The notes under the pieces are model-generated. The model saw only the letters and a list, made by a program, of their open reading frames with translations, was not told the DNA's origin and made no database searches. From Antedon mediterranea (lineage: Eukaryota; Animalia; Echinodermata): 64,000 nucleotides of DNA. The stretch lies in the NCBI RefSeq assembly GCF_964355755.1, contig NC_092679.1, positions 2,820,201-2,884,200 of the forward strand, given 5' to 3'. Positions 1-14,300 of this stretch are shown here, one piece after another. The position numbers and the translations under genes were made by a program. Numbering within the stretch: the first letter of the stretch is position 1; each line of letters begins with the position of its first letter.

Positions 1-131
1 TTTACCTTTATTTTTTTTTTCCATTTTGAATAATGAGTTGAGTAGGTATTTTGCGTCAAAGATGGCTATTTAACTGTTATATTTCAACTCTTTCTTCAAA
101 TTTCCATACTTAAATTTTATTTATCTTTCAG

Positions 132-2764
132 ACGTATTGGTAGTGACATTAATCAAACTTTTACAAAATTGGAAAAGTTAACAATATGTAAGTATACAAG
201 ATAATTGAGGGGATTAATAAGATGTGTCGTATGTTCATAAAAATCACCTTTGTTATTGTATCAAGTTTTGTGTAAAATAATAAGATAAAAATATTCACCA
301 GCAGATAGACACATCATCATAGGCTACTGTCATTGATAGATGACTGTTTGAGAGAACTTGTTTGCTTCATTTGTCCATCAAACTCAATATTACAGTACTG
401 TATTTGTTAGAAATATGGCCTTTTAAAGTTATATTGTTTACTTTTATTATATTTACCTTTATTTCTGAATAAGTAGAAGTAATAAGTTTTATATAATCAA
501 TTTTTATATATTTGACAACCATTTCTTTCTTGTAGTGGCAAAGAAGAAATCTTTATTTGACGATAAATCAGTAGAAATTCAAGAATTGACATATATAATA
601 AAACAGGACATTAACAGTCTTAATAAACAAATTGCTAAGTTGCAAGAGGTAGGTATATTTTCAATGTTGAATAGATTGTGTTGAATAGCGCCCTCTATAT
701 CTTATTCAGATTGAAACATTAAGCGTGGTTCCCACTAGCGACGCAACACAAGGACGTAACGCAATGCAAGTAAATTGACCAATCACAAGCGATGGCTGAT
801 TCGCTTGTGATTGCTAACTGTCTATAACTTCGCTTGTCATTGGTTAAAACGCTTGCGTTGCGTTTACGTCCTTGCGTTACGTTCTAGTGGGAACCATGCT
901 TTACAATGTGTGTACTTTGTTATATTTGCATTGAATGGTATAAAGCTGTATTGAGTTGTGTATTAATTCATCATACCCCGATTAAAAATCAAATTTGGTA
1001 CACATCTACTTCTAATAACAATAATATTTATTCGATCACCAATGAAAAATAACCAGGAGTGAGAATAGGCTAAAGCCCAAACAGATTCTACACTCACTCC
1101 ATACAATACAAACAGTTAAAATAAAACCATATCCAAGAAAAATACAAATAAACTATACATAACATGAAATAAAGTCTTGTCTACACTATCAAACTTTATG
1201 TGACAAAAAAATCTGATGTGCCCATATATGGACATGATGTTGTCATATCACTACCATATTTGGGGATATCACTACCATATTTGGGGTCATCACACTAGTT
1301 TAAATATTATGGTAACTTTCTAATTTTAGCTCCTTTGTTTTTTTAGTTTGTACGGCGAAATAGCTCGCAAAATGGCAAACAAATGCAAACACATTCCAAC
1401 ACAGTCGTTCTTGCATTACAATCAAAGTTGGCGACAATGTCCAACGATTTTAAATCAGTTCTTGAAGTACGGACACAGAATCTTAAAGATCAGAAAAATA
1501 GGCGAGAACAATTTTCGCAAGGGCCTCTGACATCGAGTTTACCACCATCGGCTTCCAGTGGAAATAGTAAGAATACATTTTGTTTTTAACATTTCAACTG
1601 ATAAAACACCATTTAAATGTGGTGAACACTCTGAAAACTACATACCCTTGTTTCATAGGCTTAAGATGCCATTCACACTTGGGCTGAGGTAAACACTTCT
1701 TTAAAAATTCTAAGTGAATACCACTTAAGGGAAATTTTTAATTATTTGGTGATGCAATGAAATATTTAGTATTGAATGGAAATATTTCGCTTATTTAAAT
1801 TATTGTTAATACAGCCATCCATTAGTTTTCTTGTGATTTAGATTTTCAGAGCATTTGAGGGAATCCAGTTTTGGAAGACTTCACTTTAGTGGTTTACAAT
1901 TTTAATTTGATATATAGAAAATGTAGATTTCTCCTTGATGGTTTTTTCTCTCTTAGTACGATCGGTACTGATAGATGATGAGACCGCCAGCAGTCGAGGT
2001 GATGCCGTCATAAACATGCCGTTTGACGGCGCACAAAGCTCAATGCAAATGGTTGAGCAACAAGACACTTACATAAAAGATCGAGAGGAAACCATGCAAA
2101 ATATAGAAAGTACTATTGTGGAATTAAGCGGAATATTTCAACAATTGGCACATATGATACACCAACAAGAAGAACAGGTTCAAAGGTCAGTATTATATTT
2201 ATGACCTTTTCGTCATTGTTTTCCAAAAGTGAAAGTATTCGGTTTTTTATGTCGACACACAATCAAACGATTCTATGGCTTTGTTGTCTTTGGAAACTAT
2301 TATTTATATTCAGCATTTTTATTTTTTTAATCTCTTTATTCAAGTAATTGAGTTACTGACCTGGTTTTAACCTTTCACCTTTGAACTTTGTGTCTTGTGT
2401 CTAATGACCATTATAATTTTCTTTTAAGTCCACACACAATCAAACGATTCTATGGCTTTGTTGTCTTTGGAAACTGTTATTTGCGTTCAGCATTTTTCTT
2501 GTATCTTTTTTTTAATCTCTTTATTCAAATAATTGAGTTTTGGACATGGTTTTAACCTTTTACCTTTGAACTCTGTCTGATGACCATTACAATTTTCTTT
2601 TTAGAATTGATTCAAATGTTGATAATGCATTTACGAACGTTGAGATGGCTCATGGAGAGATACTGAAATATTTTCAGTCGGTGACGTCGAACCGCTGGCT
2701 GATGATCAAAGTGTTTGGTGTTCTCATTGTCTTCTTTATAATATTCGTAGTATTTATGGCATAA
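132..2764 (+). CDS. STX5: Syntaxin-5 (Golgi Qa-SNARE), 3' five coding exons; 5' part lies upstream of the window
   Basis: Exons 132-187, 536-648, 1347-1566, 1957-2185, 2605-2764, all GT-AG and phase-compatible. Translation includes TFTKLEKLTILAKKKSLFDDKSVEIQELTYIIKQDINSLNKQIAKLQ, HSNTVVLALQSKLATMSNDFKSVLEVRTQNLK, SNARE motif MQNIESTIVELSGIFQQLAHM and C-terminal YFQSVTSNRWLMIKVFGVLIVFFIIFVVFMA* membrane anchor, matching Sed5/STX5. Confidence 0.96.
722..900. mobile_element. MITE family B (PIF/Harbinger-like), representative copy
   Basis: TIRs AGCGTGGTTCCCACTAG / CTAGTGGGAACCATGCT with TTA duplicated on both sides. Further full or partial copies near 15929-16070, 32030-32185, 34010-34141, 34390-34660, 35030-35157, 35340-35400, 37450-37644, 38111-38270, 41987-42144, 42148-42301, 48626-48783, 51945-52160. 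Confidence 0.85.
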
Positions 2765-2854
2765 GGATGGAATCCCACATATTCCGGGAAAGTCAGCCTT
2801 CCCGGCTTTTCCGGAATATGTGGCATAAAATCATCATTAACAACAGAAATATAA

Positions 2855-3015
2855 AGCTCTGTCTACAATATCAAACTGGTTTGACAAAAAAGTGTGATGT
2901 GCCCAAATATGGTAGTGACATGCCCAAATATGGTAGTGATATAGACATCATCATGTCCATATATGGACACATCACTTTTTTTTGTCACACAAAGTTTGAC
3001 AGTGTAGACAGAGCT
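2855..3015. mobile_element. MITE family A (PIF/Harbinger-like), representative copy in the STX5 3' flank
   Basis: TIRs AGCTCTGTCTACA(C/A)TATCAAACT / AGTTTGA(T/C)AGTGTAGACAGAGCT, TAA duplicated, internal CCCAAATATGGTAGTGA repeat. Other copies near 1172-1298, 7125-7247, 8064-8224, 11709-11885, 13010-13147, 14105-14265, 16797-16942, 17851-18007, 31317-31459, 33215-33379, 35739-35870, 38733-38891, 43080-43237, 47003-47136. Confidence 0.9.
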
Positions 3016-4181
3016 TAATGGAACTGTTTCTATAACTCTGTTCAGTATCACAGGAAAATTAAAAAATAGAGTTTCTCATATGTACCACATCTGACGTGTG
3101 TATCATAGGCTACTGACAAAATACAGAAAACATGTGATGCATATGTGACACTGTATTACAGAATCTGCTTATAATACTGGGCATATAATGCAATATGATA
3201 GAGAGAATTGGGAAGAATTGTTCTATTTGTTGCAAATAAAATGGAAAACTCTTCCAAAATTAACATTTTCCTAGAAAGTTCTGTCATTGTAAAAACCAGA
3301 CATGGGAAGGTTGAATGCGCCCCTGGTTTAGGCTTGTACTCGTTTCATAAGAATAACCAGTAAAATAGTTTAAAGAAGAGATATTAGAGTGTGCCTAACA
3401 ATAATAAGGGAATTGTTAATGATGCCTTAACAATCCAATTTGTTGTACTGATGTAAATTCCAGAATGGAGATAGATGACGACAGCACTTAATGTCAACAT
3501 TTTTTGCAAGACAGTTTGATAAAAGTATTTATTTTTCGGATTTTTCAAAACCACCTTATTTTGTTTTTATTATATTTTTTTCAATATTGTAATCATTTAT
3601 AATCAGATTCGTCATAACATTAATTAATAGTATAAATAACAAATAATGTACAGAAGATATATTTTACTTAAATTTAGTTTTTATTCCTAACTTAAATATT
3701 ATGTAAAAACTTTGAATTGATAATATTAACAATGAGTTGTATACTAAACATTGGCATTTTCTTGTTTTAATGTATTATTTTGTGGGTTTTCTTTCCTGTA
3801 CTGAAATATATTTTTGAAAGGTATTTTTGTTTGTTCCTATTCTATTTGTTTAATTCTTCCCCCCCCCCCTCTCCCTTTTTTTTTATTTAGGTTTATATTG
3901 TGCACAGGTTCATGAGTTAAAGGGTTTGGCACTGTCCAGTTGGTCAAATAGATGTGAGTGGTCATCATGTCCGGCCACTAAAGACAAAAATATGTATACA
4001 CATAATCTATCTATATATTGTATAAATTTTAAGTATAATTATTTGTTTTAAATTAACTGCTATTGTTAGTGTCTTTATATTGTATCATAATGTATGTAAC
4101 ATTAGCTTATTAAAATGTATTACGTAACATAGCCAATTCTGTTGTACCTGCCTATTATGTATGGTCACTAGTGATATAGGC

Positions 4182-4352
4182 TAGACCTGCCCCAAGTCTG
4201 TATTTATTGTCTTTTTTTTTATTTATTTGTTTTTATTTGGACCGCGGTTTTTGTGGAGTATCCAAACTCAAGTAATACACGTATGAAACGCCATATGTGC
4301 AAAAATATTTATATCTAATATTAAGACAAAACTCCCTCTGGAGCCCAGACTA
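4182..4352. mobile_element. Short TAG...CTA non-autonomous DNA element with 9-bp target duplication
   Basis: GATATAGGC at 4173-4181 and 4353-4361 brackets the element; related copies near 35938-36105 and, inverted, 47270-47433 share CGTATGAAACGCCA(T/C)ATGTGC. Confidence 0.7.
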
Positions 4353-4802
4353 GATATAGGCTAGCTACGCTTAACAACAGGCTTCATTTTTTGGATAAGA
4401 ATTTTTTAAACTGAAGACATAACCTGTAATAGTACAATTAACCACATGCCCTCTAGAGTATATCTTGGTTGACAGACACACAGTTCTCGTTTCAGCTAAT
4501 TTTCTGATTGGAAATTGAGTTATAATCCCTCTTGCAGTAACCTAATGTGGAACATGCAATTAAGATGATTTGTTTTGCCCAAATTTGATTGAACGAAAAT
4601 TACTAGACTAATTACAATTAGCAAAATATGAATGTTTTCCATAATTTTTCTCACGTGTAATGTTTTTAACTGAAAGATGTATGCATGGTTTGTCAATCAA
4701 TACTAATTAAATCGAAATAAACCTTATAATATGAAGTTTCATTCGAAAATAAAAGACTAGTTCGATCGTATTATTGAACTAAGTGGGCACTCTAAGGACT
4801 TA

Positions 4803-4815
4803 GTCGCTTAGCAAC
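4803..4815. promoter_or_regulatory. Candidate RFX X-box upstream of MOK
   Basis: GTCGCTTAGCAAC about 530 bp upstream of the MOK ATG; resembles the X-box GTNRCC(N0-3)RGYAAC. MOK is a known ciliary kinase. Confidence 0.45.
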
Positions 4816-5335
4816 TAACCAAGCTTTCTCTACTGGGAGAATCCTCATTACCCAGAACCTACATATTCATTCGCATACACAGAAATAAGTAATGCGTTTT
4901 AAACACAGTTGATATCCTTTTGGAACCGATTTACAAGCTTAATAGGATCGAAATAGGTTATGAAAGCCGTCGATAAGAATGTTATTGTAAATACAATAAT
5001 TTACACACTACATTTTTTATCTAGCGGATTGATATTATTCATAAAGTTCGAGAGCGTGTCAAAGGTCATACTCATTAATTATTTTTTTCGTACTTATTAT
5101 TATTAACTTTTCATGTGTGCGCGATCGCGAGGAACGAGAGACCGAATCGACCAGTAACTTTTTTTGCAGCAGCTTCGCGGCGGAAAGTTGTTGTTTTGTT
5201 GTTGTCATTTGATGCTACTATACTAGGCCTATATGACTCTCAACATGTATCTTCAGATTGTGTACTTTTATCGATATAATACTAGATCGTATTTATGGAA
5301 TTTTTAATGATTAGATTTAAGGTTGATCTTTAGAC

Positions 5336-8300
5336 ATGTTGGAAACTATACAAAACCCAGCAATGCACAGTAAGTTTTATTTTATTTTTTATCTCTCTGA
5401 TATCATGATGTTGGTGCAAGCCACACCACACAACAGCCAGGCGACCTGGCTACCTGGGACATACTGTTACTATACTGTATCTAGGCTAGGCCTAGCCAAC
5501 ACTACTAGTTCAGAGTTACTACTACTAGGCCTAGGTTAGGTCAGACTGGCAATTGACCATATAAATTCGTTGTATTTCAAGAATTTTTTTTTTTAATAAA
5601 ATGTTTTTTTATTAATTTTTTTATTTTATTTTAATATTTTTTTTTTTTAATTTGCAAATATTTCTATTATATAAGGTTTATCGCAAATAGTGTTCGCGAC
5701 TCATGGTGGAAAGGGTTTGAAAGCAAACGTCATGACGCGTACGTGATTTATTGTTGTTTGTACTTACTTACAGTACGCGCCATGATGTTTGCAATGATGT
5801 TCCTCGCGAAATCAAGCTATTTGCAATAAACCTTATTGCTGAGCCTATTGTTTTTATTTTCATCAATAAAAACTGATATAGCTATCTAATTATCATCATA
5901 TTATTGTAATATCATCTGTCAATTATATCATTCTGATGATTGATTATCAATTACTAATAAATGTTAGCTATATATAGCAAAAATCATCATCACCATTTTA
6001 TCATTCCCAATAATCATCATGCACTTTTCACATACCATTCTCATTTTTCAGAGTACCGTGTGCTGGGCAAGAAAGGCGAGGGAACATTTTCTGAGGTGCT
6101 GAAATGTCAAAATACCCAAGATGGTACCTACTATGCTTGTAAAAAGATGAAGCAGACATATGAAAGGTCAGATTAAACACTGTTATAATTCAATTATTCA
6201 TTATATATAATAACTATTAATACTAATTATATGAATTTCCTATATGAGTTATTAATAGTAATTTATTTTTTCAGTCTTGATCAAGTTAATGGTCTTAGGG
6301 AAATACAAGCAATGAGAAGACTAAGTTCTCATGAGAACATTTTGGAATTACAAGAGGTTATATTGTAAGTGTACAATTCCACTTTTCCACCAAAAAAAAC
6401 AAACAAATGTTTTATTTGACAATTGGACTATGCCACGGGTGTATATTGTTGGCCTAGCAGAACACTTATTGCATTTAAATCTGCTATAAAATTGTTTAAG
6501 CGCTGTCTACTTCGTCGTCGTTCTACTCATATCTGAGTACTCGTGACCATTCTGATGATGTGTCTCCATTCTTGCCGATCTTGAGCTTCATTGTAGCAAC
6601 TGATTATTGGTCGGTTAGCAGCACCACTTATACCATCAATCCATCTGAGTCTCTGTCTTCCTTTTTTTCTTTTCCCCTCAACTTTCCCAAACATAATCAT
6701 TTTCTCCATACTATCTCCATCCCGTCTGGCAATATGTCCAAAGTATTGTAGTTTTTGTTTGATAAGACCAATGTGTCTTGCACTGCGATGCTAAATACAT
6801 ACCAATCATGTCTCTCGTTTTATTTGATCATTTACCTGTTAAATGAAACACGATATGAAATCAATAAAGCATTAAGTACTAGTTTTCTAAGATTCTGATC
6901 TGTTTATCATGGTAGCCTTGTTTCATATGTCATTTCATTAGGTCTTATATGATAATTAGTAACATTTGATAGCTTAACATGATGCAGCTAATTCCTTATA
7001 TTTCAAGTTTCTTTCAATATTATTCTCAGAATTTAATCCAATCTTGAGAATTTTTGTAGAATTAAACTAAACCCAAACAGAATAAATCCTAATTTTGGTT
7101 AAATAACAGATTATTTTGTACAGTACTCTGTTTACACTATCAAACTTTATATATAAACACAAAATTGATGTGCCCATATATGGACCTACTGATGTCATAT
7201 CACATTTTTTGTCAAACTATACAGTAGTTTGATAGTGTTGACAACCTTTAGAGATAAAGTGAACATCTCTATCTATATGGATGGCTGTAAATGCGGTAGT
7301 TCAATTATATTTATCAGTAAACAACAACCTGTTTACGCATTCCAATCCTTTGTATTAATTTAATCATTAACGCCATCGCACAATTAATATTAAATTACCA
7401 AAGAATTGCTTACAATCAATATCTTTTAATTAAATTTAATTATTTTTTTCTTTCGTCAGTGATAAGAAATCCGGGACGTTAGCTTTGATATGTGAATTAA
7501 TGGATATGAATATTTATGAATTAATACGAGGTAAGATATGAATATTTATGAATTAATAAGAGTTAATATGAATATTTATGAATTAATGCAAGGTAATATG
7601 AATATTTATGAATTAATACGAGGTAATATGAATATTTATGAATTAATGCGAGGTAATATGAATATTTATGAATTAATACGAGGTAATATGAATATTTATG
7701 AATTAATACGAGGTAATATGAATATTTATGAATTAATACGAGGTAATATGAATATTTATGAATTAATAAGAGGTAATATGAATATTTATGAATTAATACG
7801 AGGTAATATGAATATTTATGAATTAATACGAGGTAATATGAATATTTATGAATTAATACGAGGTAATATGAATATTTATGAATTAATAAGAGTTAATATG
7901 AATATTTATGAATTGATAAGAGTTAATATGAATATTTATGAATTGATGAAATTTGAATTTATATTACAGTATGTAATACTTTATAGTGAATTAATATGAC
8001 CTAAAATTTAGTATTACTATATGTGATGAATAATTATTTTAATTAAAACCACACCCTTCCTAAAGCTCTGTCTACAATATCAAACTAGATTGACAAAAAA
8101 AAATGTGATGTGCCCAAATATGGAAGTGGTATATCCAAATATGGTAGTGATATGACATCATCATGTCCATATATGGGCACATCACATTTTTTTTGTCACA
8201 AAGTTTGATAGTGTAGACAGAGCTTTAGATAAATATTTATGAAATAATGGTATATAGTCAGTGCTAAGGTTTGACTATGATAAATACTGTACTACTATAT

Positions 8301-11300
8301 GAAGTTAACTGTTTGAAATTAATATTACAATTATTATTGAGTAGACTCTACTGTATTACAAATTATTACACTTTTCAGACCGTCATTTTAGAGTTCGTTT
8401 CATCTGTTTGTTTATCAACCTTCAATAGGTACCTTTGTGTAATTACTATTTACCAGTTCTGAGAAGTGTGATTAATGGCATTGTTGAAATATTAAACTAT
8501 CAAATTCTTGTAAATAAGTTGTTGAGCCATAGAATAGTCTTTCTTTGTTGTAAATACACTACGTGAAGAGTGATGGTTTAAATGATGCTGTTTGTTAGAC
8601 CAAATATGATAGAGTTTTCGCAGGAGCAGTAAAACATTAACTTTAACGGATGATGTCAACATTCTACTCATTTGCATAACTGCGTAGTTCAGTCAACAGT
8701 TGCGCAATGTACTTTTTTATTTTGCTTCGACGGGAAGTGTAGAACACATGTGTAGCGCATGCAACATACAGCGTTTACGCTGCTCGTATTAAAGCAATTC
8801 ATTTTTGTCACATAAAGTTAGATAGTATAGACAGAGCCTTACCTTTGTTCTTCCAATGTCTTTCCTCCATTCTGAAATCCAGAATTTCTAGTCAACCATT
8901 TATTTTTAGTTAGCCATATTTAATATATTTTCCACATTCTTTATTCAAAAAGTTATTTTATTTTATATTTTTTATGTAATCCTATTGCTAAATATAAATT
9001 AAAAAAAAAAAAGATTTAATTTAGGCCAACAACTTTTTGAAATTGTTGATAATTAAGTTATTGTACGAACTAATTTAGACACAGTTTATGTAATCAATAT
9101 AGTGATGTTTGTTTCCTAGGCAACCGGTATAACACTCTTACGAATGTGTCATTGATTTAACATTAATAAAGTTTGATTACTTAGTTAACAGGTTTCCATT
9201 GAGTTGTAAATGAATGCTTTGTCCGTCTTATTTGACCGTCAAGCTTTCATTGTCGTCTCTGTTTGACCAGTGTGTCCCTGTGCGGACTTAACGTCACAAT
9301 TTAGCTACCGAATTAGTATTACTTTAGGCAGTGCAAATAGCAACAGGGAGCGACTGTTTTAAACAACAGTGAGTGACTGTTTTAAGCAACGCCTAAGTGG
9401 TAGAGCCAATGACTTTAAAGAAGTCTCATTGTAATTTCATCAGAATTTACTGTTGAAAACAATAAACAACTTAAATACCCCTTTCACGCCGCCACATTAA
9501 CTAACACTCAGCGTTTTGCTAGGCAGTTTGAAACACAGGGTATTAATTTATATTCTCCTTTTCGGGTAAAATAACTATTATGTGACAATAAAATGACACA
9601 TTCAAAAACAAATTTGAAATAAAAAATATTTTTTAGAGGGACAATATATCTTTAAAACTGTTACGTCAATAAGCGAGCAGCGTTTTTTGTAAGAAATATT
9701 TCTTGTTTATTTATTTTTTTTTTGTACTACTGTTTGTTCTATTTTGTTAGGGTTACATGTTAAAAACACTTGTGCTTTATATTTTGTATCCCATTCCATT
9801 ATCATTTTTATTGTATTTGTAAATGTTTTTATTTTGCTTTTAGAATAAAAATGTCGATGATTGATTAATTGATACCATGTACTGTACAGTATAACCTCCT
9901 CTTCTCTAGCCACTGATTTTTAAAAAAATACTACAAAGCCACATATTGAAAGTGAGGTCAATTGTATTTGTACTAAAATTACATTTCCCTTTTTATGGAA
10001 ATTCTTTATTATCACTGTTTTAGTTAATAAAGTGACATTCCATCGTTTACTCATTTCTTTATGTTTTTTAGGAAGAAGACATTATCTTCAAGAACAAAAA
10101 ATTAAAAACTATATGTACCAGTTATGCAAATCACTAGAACACATGCACAGGTATGATCTAATGAATACCTGTTATGTTAATGTCACGTAATTCCTCAACT
10201 ATTATGATAATAATGAATTTAAATTTTTTATTTTATTTCATAAGATCTAACAAAGAGCACAAACTCACCAATTACAGGGAGGATGGATAAACTATTTTAT
10301 AATTTACAGTGCGAAGTCAAAGTCTCTTTTGAGGCTTAGGGAGTGGAGTTAAAAGAGTTGTGATTTACAACCCTGGCACTAGGTCAGGATTTAAGCTAGC
10401 ACTAGGTCAGGATTGAACCCCAGACCTTGGGATTTGAAGGCAGGCATGTTAACCACCAAGCTACAACCCCACTATTTTTATATAATATCATAAAAAAAAC
10501 TTTATGTTACAATAATTTTAAAAATACCTGCATATTAAATGACTTATTCAACAGTGAGATATAAATTCAAATATTGTTTAAAATTGTTAATTTATGACAC
10601 ACGGCCTTGAAATTTGTTTTTATTACCATATTTTGTATTTTGCAATGTAAGCAATATTTATTGCCAAACGTATTATATTATATTTAGGAATGTATGCTAC
10701 CAGAGACTGCTTGTTATATAATTGTACAGATTGTTAACAACATTAAGTTGTTATTTTTGTAGGAATGGAATTTTCCACCGTGACATCAAACCTGAAAATA
10801 TTCTTATACGTGTAAGTACTTACAGTACATTATATAGTTTAATATTTGTCAATATTTTGTTATGTCGTACAATTTGACATGTGCTGTATGAAGAAGCATA
10901 ATTCTGGATAGAAATGTTAAAAATACAGTACATTATTTATTGATGATTATCATTTATCATTTTACTTCATTATTACCTCTCCTTTGCGGGTCATGCCAAC
11001 ACTCCTATTTCACCTAAAGTGACACATTCCCATTCAAGGAACGACCCTAGATGATACTTTGCTGGGTCTCACAAGTGTCCCCATAATGGCAGTTATACTG
11101 TATGTTAAACAGCGCATAGAGACTATTTGTATTTTGCGCTATACAAATTTAAAACCATTAACCATTTGTAATTCACATTAACTCTGTGTGTAATAAACAA
11201 ACATTATGAAAAGAGTATTTAAAAAAAAGTAAACAATATTATGAAAGACCCCACTCATCCGTTACATTACTGTTTTATAACTTAAATAGATCAGGCATTA

Positions 11301-14300
11301 GGCTACGACCTCCAAGAGCAAATTTTTGTAGAACTAGAAAATCCTTCGTTGTAAATAGCATTTATATTTTTAATTCTAATGTAAGACGATAATGCAATTT
11401 TTAAATAGTTTGAAATTTTTAACAGTTTTTTTTTATTTTCAACTTTTTATCTTGTATTTTATCTGTTAACTGCACGTTTAAATTGTTGCAACATTTTTTA
11501 TGTTTGTTTTTTATTATTGTTTTAATCTACCAAGCAAAGTGAATTTCCATTTTTATGGGCAAATCAAATTTCTTGAATCTTGAATCTTGAAAACATATTC
11601 TTGTTTTAGGGTGAGCAATTAAAACTAGCTGATTTTGGATCGTGTCGTAGTATATACTCCAAACAGCCGTACACAGAATATATATCAACACGATGGTAAG
11701 TTTTCTTAAGCTCTGTCTACACTATCAAAGTGTGATGTACCCAAATATACTGTAGTAGTGATATGTCCAAACATGGAGAAATAAGTTATTTCTCCATGGT
11801 CCAAATGAGGTAGTGATATGACATCATAATTTCAATATAATGGGCACATCACATTGAAATAAAATTTGATAGTGTAAACAAGGCTTTAAAGACTATCTAG
11901 CTCTGTGATTAATAATGTATGTAGGAGAACCCCTATTTTATTAATTTTCCTCTTATTGGAGGTTTCCCTCAAATGGAGGTTGCTCATAAAAACATTATAT
12001 TAGCCCTTGTTCATTTCATAGAAAAGTGTCCCTTTAATAGAGATGTAACCTTCCAAAGGAAGGGTTGTAGGCTCTGTGATTAATAGTTTATGCAGGAAAA
12101 TCCTTATTATGTTAATTTTCCCCTTAATAAGAGGTGTTTCTGGAATAGAGGTTGCTCATAAAAACAGTATATTAGCCCTAGTCATAGAAACGTGTCCCCT
12201 CAATAGAGATGTAAACTGAATAGGGGTGTCCCAAAGGTGGTACTGTAAGCCAACTTATATAAGTACATTTTGTACACCTTTTTTTTGTAATAGGTACAGG
12301 GCACCAGAATGCCTTTTAACTGATGGTTACTATACATACAAAATGGACTTATGGAGTGTTGGCTGCGTCTTCTTTGAAGTGCTTAGGTATGTGTTGTTAT
12401 AGAACATTGAACTATTGCACGCCATGTGACGCACAATCGTCCAATCAAATGACAGGAATTTATTTAGGTGTTATATAATATAGAACATTGCTCATAATAC
12501 TTATTTGCAGTTTGTTTTAATAATGTTTTATGGAAATTTACTTGGAGAATTAATAATAGTGCAAGTATGTTTTTAAGTCATAAAGTGCCTTCCTTTTATA
12601 AATACTCCATGCATAGCTTAATAAAATGAACAAATGAACAAATTGTAGCGATATATGTCTTAATTTAGAACAATCAATTACATTGTTAAAAATTCAAAAC
12701 TGTACTGTACCACAGATGGGATAAAATCGATTTTATATTTATTTTGTTATCTATATAACTTGTTTTTGTCTATGAATTGATTTCTAAAATTATTAATTGA
12801 ATGAATTCAATACTATGATTCCAAAATGCAGAAAAAAGTACATCATGTAATATTGATTTTTTTTATGAAGTATAATAAATTCTGATAATCTCTCATCATA
12901 GTGATCTTTTCATGTTCAATAAGAATTTTGAATGTCATTTCAAATTAAAATTGTGCATTTCAACAAATTATCCATAAGAGACATACACAGCGTAAATGAT
13001 GTAATTGTTAAGCGCTGTCTACACTATCAAACTAATTTGACAAAAAAAGTGTGATGTACCAAAATATGATAGTGATATGACATCATTGTGTCCATATATG
13101 GGCACATCACATTTTTTTTACACATAAAATTTGATGTAGACAGAGCTTAACATATCATTCTAACCTGCTGTAGTCAAACTTGACCCTGAAACAACATAAT
13201 AATGTGCTCACTTATTGAGAAAACGCTTTTAACAATGACCTTTGCAACTATAACAGCTTATTTCAACAGCTTTCTTGTGACCTTTGTGATTTTGAGAGAT
13301 TGTTATCAAACATGACAACATAATGTATAGCTTAATTGTTTGATTCAGTACAGAATTTAAAATGTTAACAAAGTATATAAATAAATAATGCATTATGAGA
13401 AGTACTTTGAATTTTTTATATACATTTTTTTTTCACATTTCATAATATAATTTAAGAAGAAACATTTATAATCTAAGAATTAATAAATAATAAAGAAGTT
13501 GGCAACAATTTGAAAAAATTTAGATTTACTGTGGATTTTACATCAGCAGCCGTTTAAACAGTTTAACAATTTAGATGTATTGTCCCCCAAAAACATGAAA
13601 AATGAAGATTAATAAAATCAGATTTTTAATAGGCCTTTGAATAAAATGACTCACTTCTGCAGAAAAAAAAAGATATCATTTACAAAAAGACAAAACAATG
13701 GTTAAATTCAACCAGAAACCCATTGGCTGGCACGGCAGCCAATTTGTTTATTTTATTTTTTTAAATTACATTTTTTCAGGTAGATATATGTTTTTTGATT
13801 AAATTTTTGGTCAAAGTGAATAACTATATGGAACATCACAATGGCATATTCAACAAAACAGGGGGACAATGCATCTTTAAATAACACATTTGTCATTACA
13901 ACAAAATAAAAAACAAACAAAAGATTGGTATGTTATTATTGAATGAAATGAAGTATTAATATTTATTAATTTATTTTGCAGTCTTCGTCCATTATTTCCT
14001 GGTTCAAATGAAGTTGATCAAATTGCTAAAATTCATGAAACCTTAGGAACACCTGAACCAACTGTACTGAATAAGCTGAGAAAGTTAGTACCTACTTATT
14101 TCTAAACCTCTGTCTACACTATCAAAACTAGTTTGACAAAAAAGTGTGATGTGCCCAAATATGGTAGTTATATGCTTAAATATGGTAGTGATATGACATC
14201 ATCATGTCCATATATGAGCATATCACATTTTTTGTCACATAAAGTTTGATAGTGTAGACAGAGCTTTACATAATATGTGTGTATCTCATAGTACTAGGAG

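Noticed and set aside
7538-7999. 153-aa ORF (MNIYELIRGN)n as a separate gene
   Set aside because: It is an intronic amplification of MOK exon 4 sequence, out of frame with the exon; the ORF is a by-product of a 30-bp unit.
10400-10472. tRNA gene
   Set aside because: A/B boxes are present but the stems do not pair into a cloverleaf and it runs into a repeat body; better explained as a SINE head.
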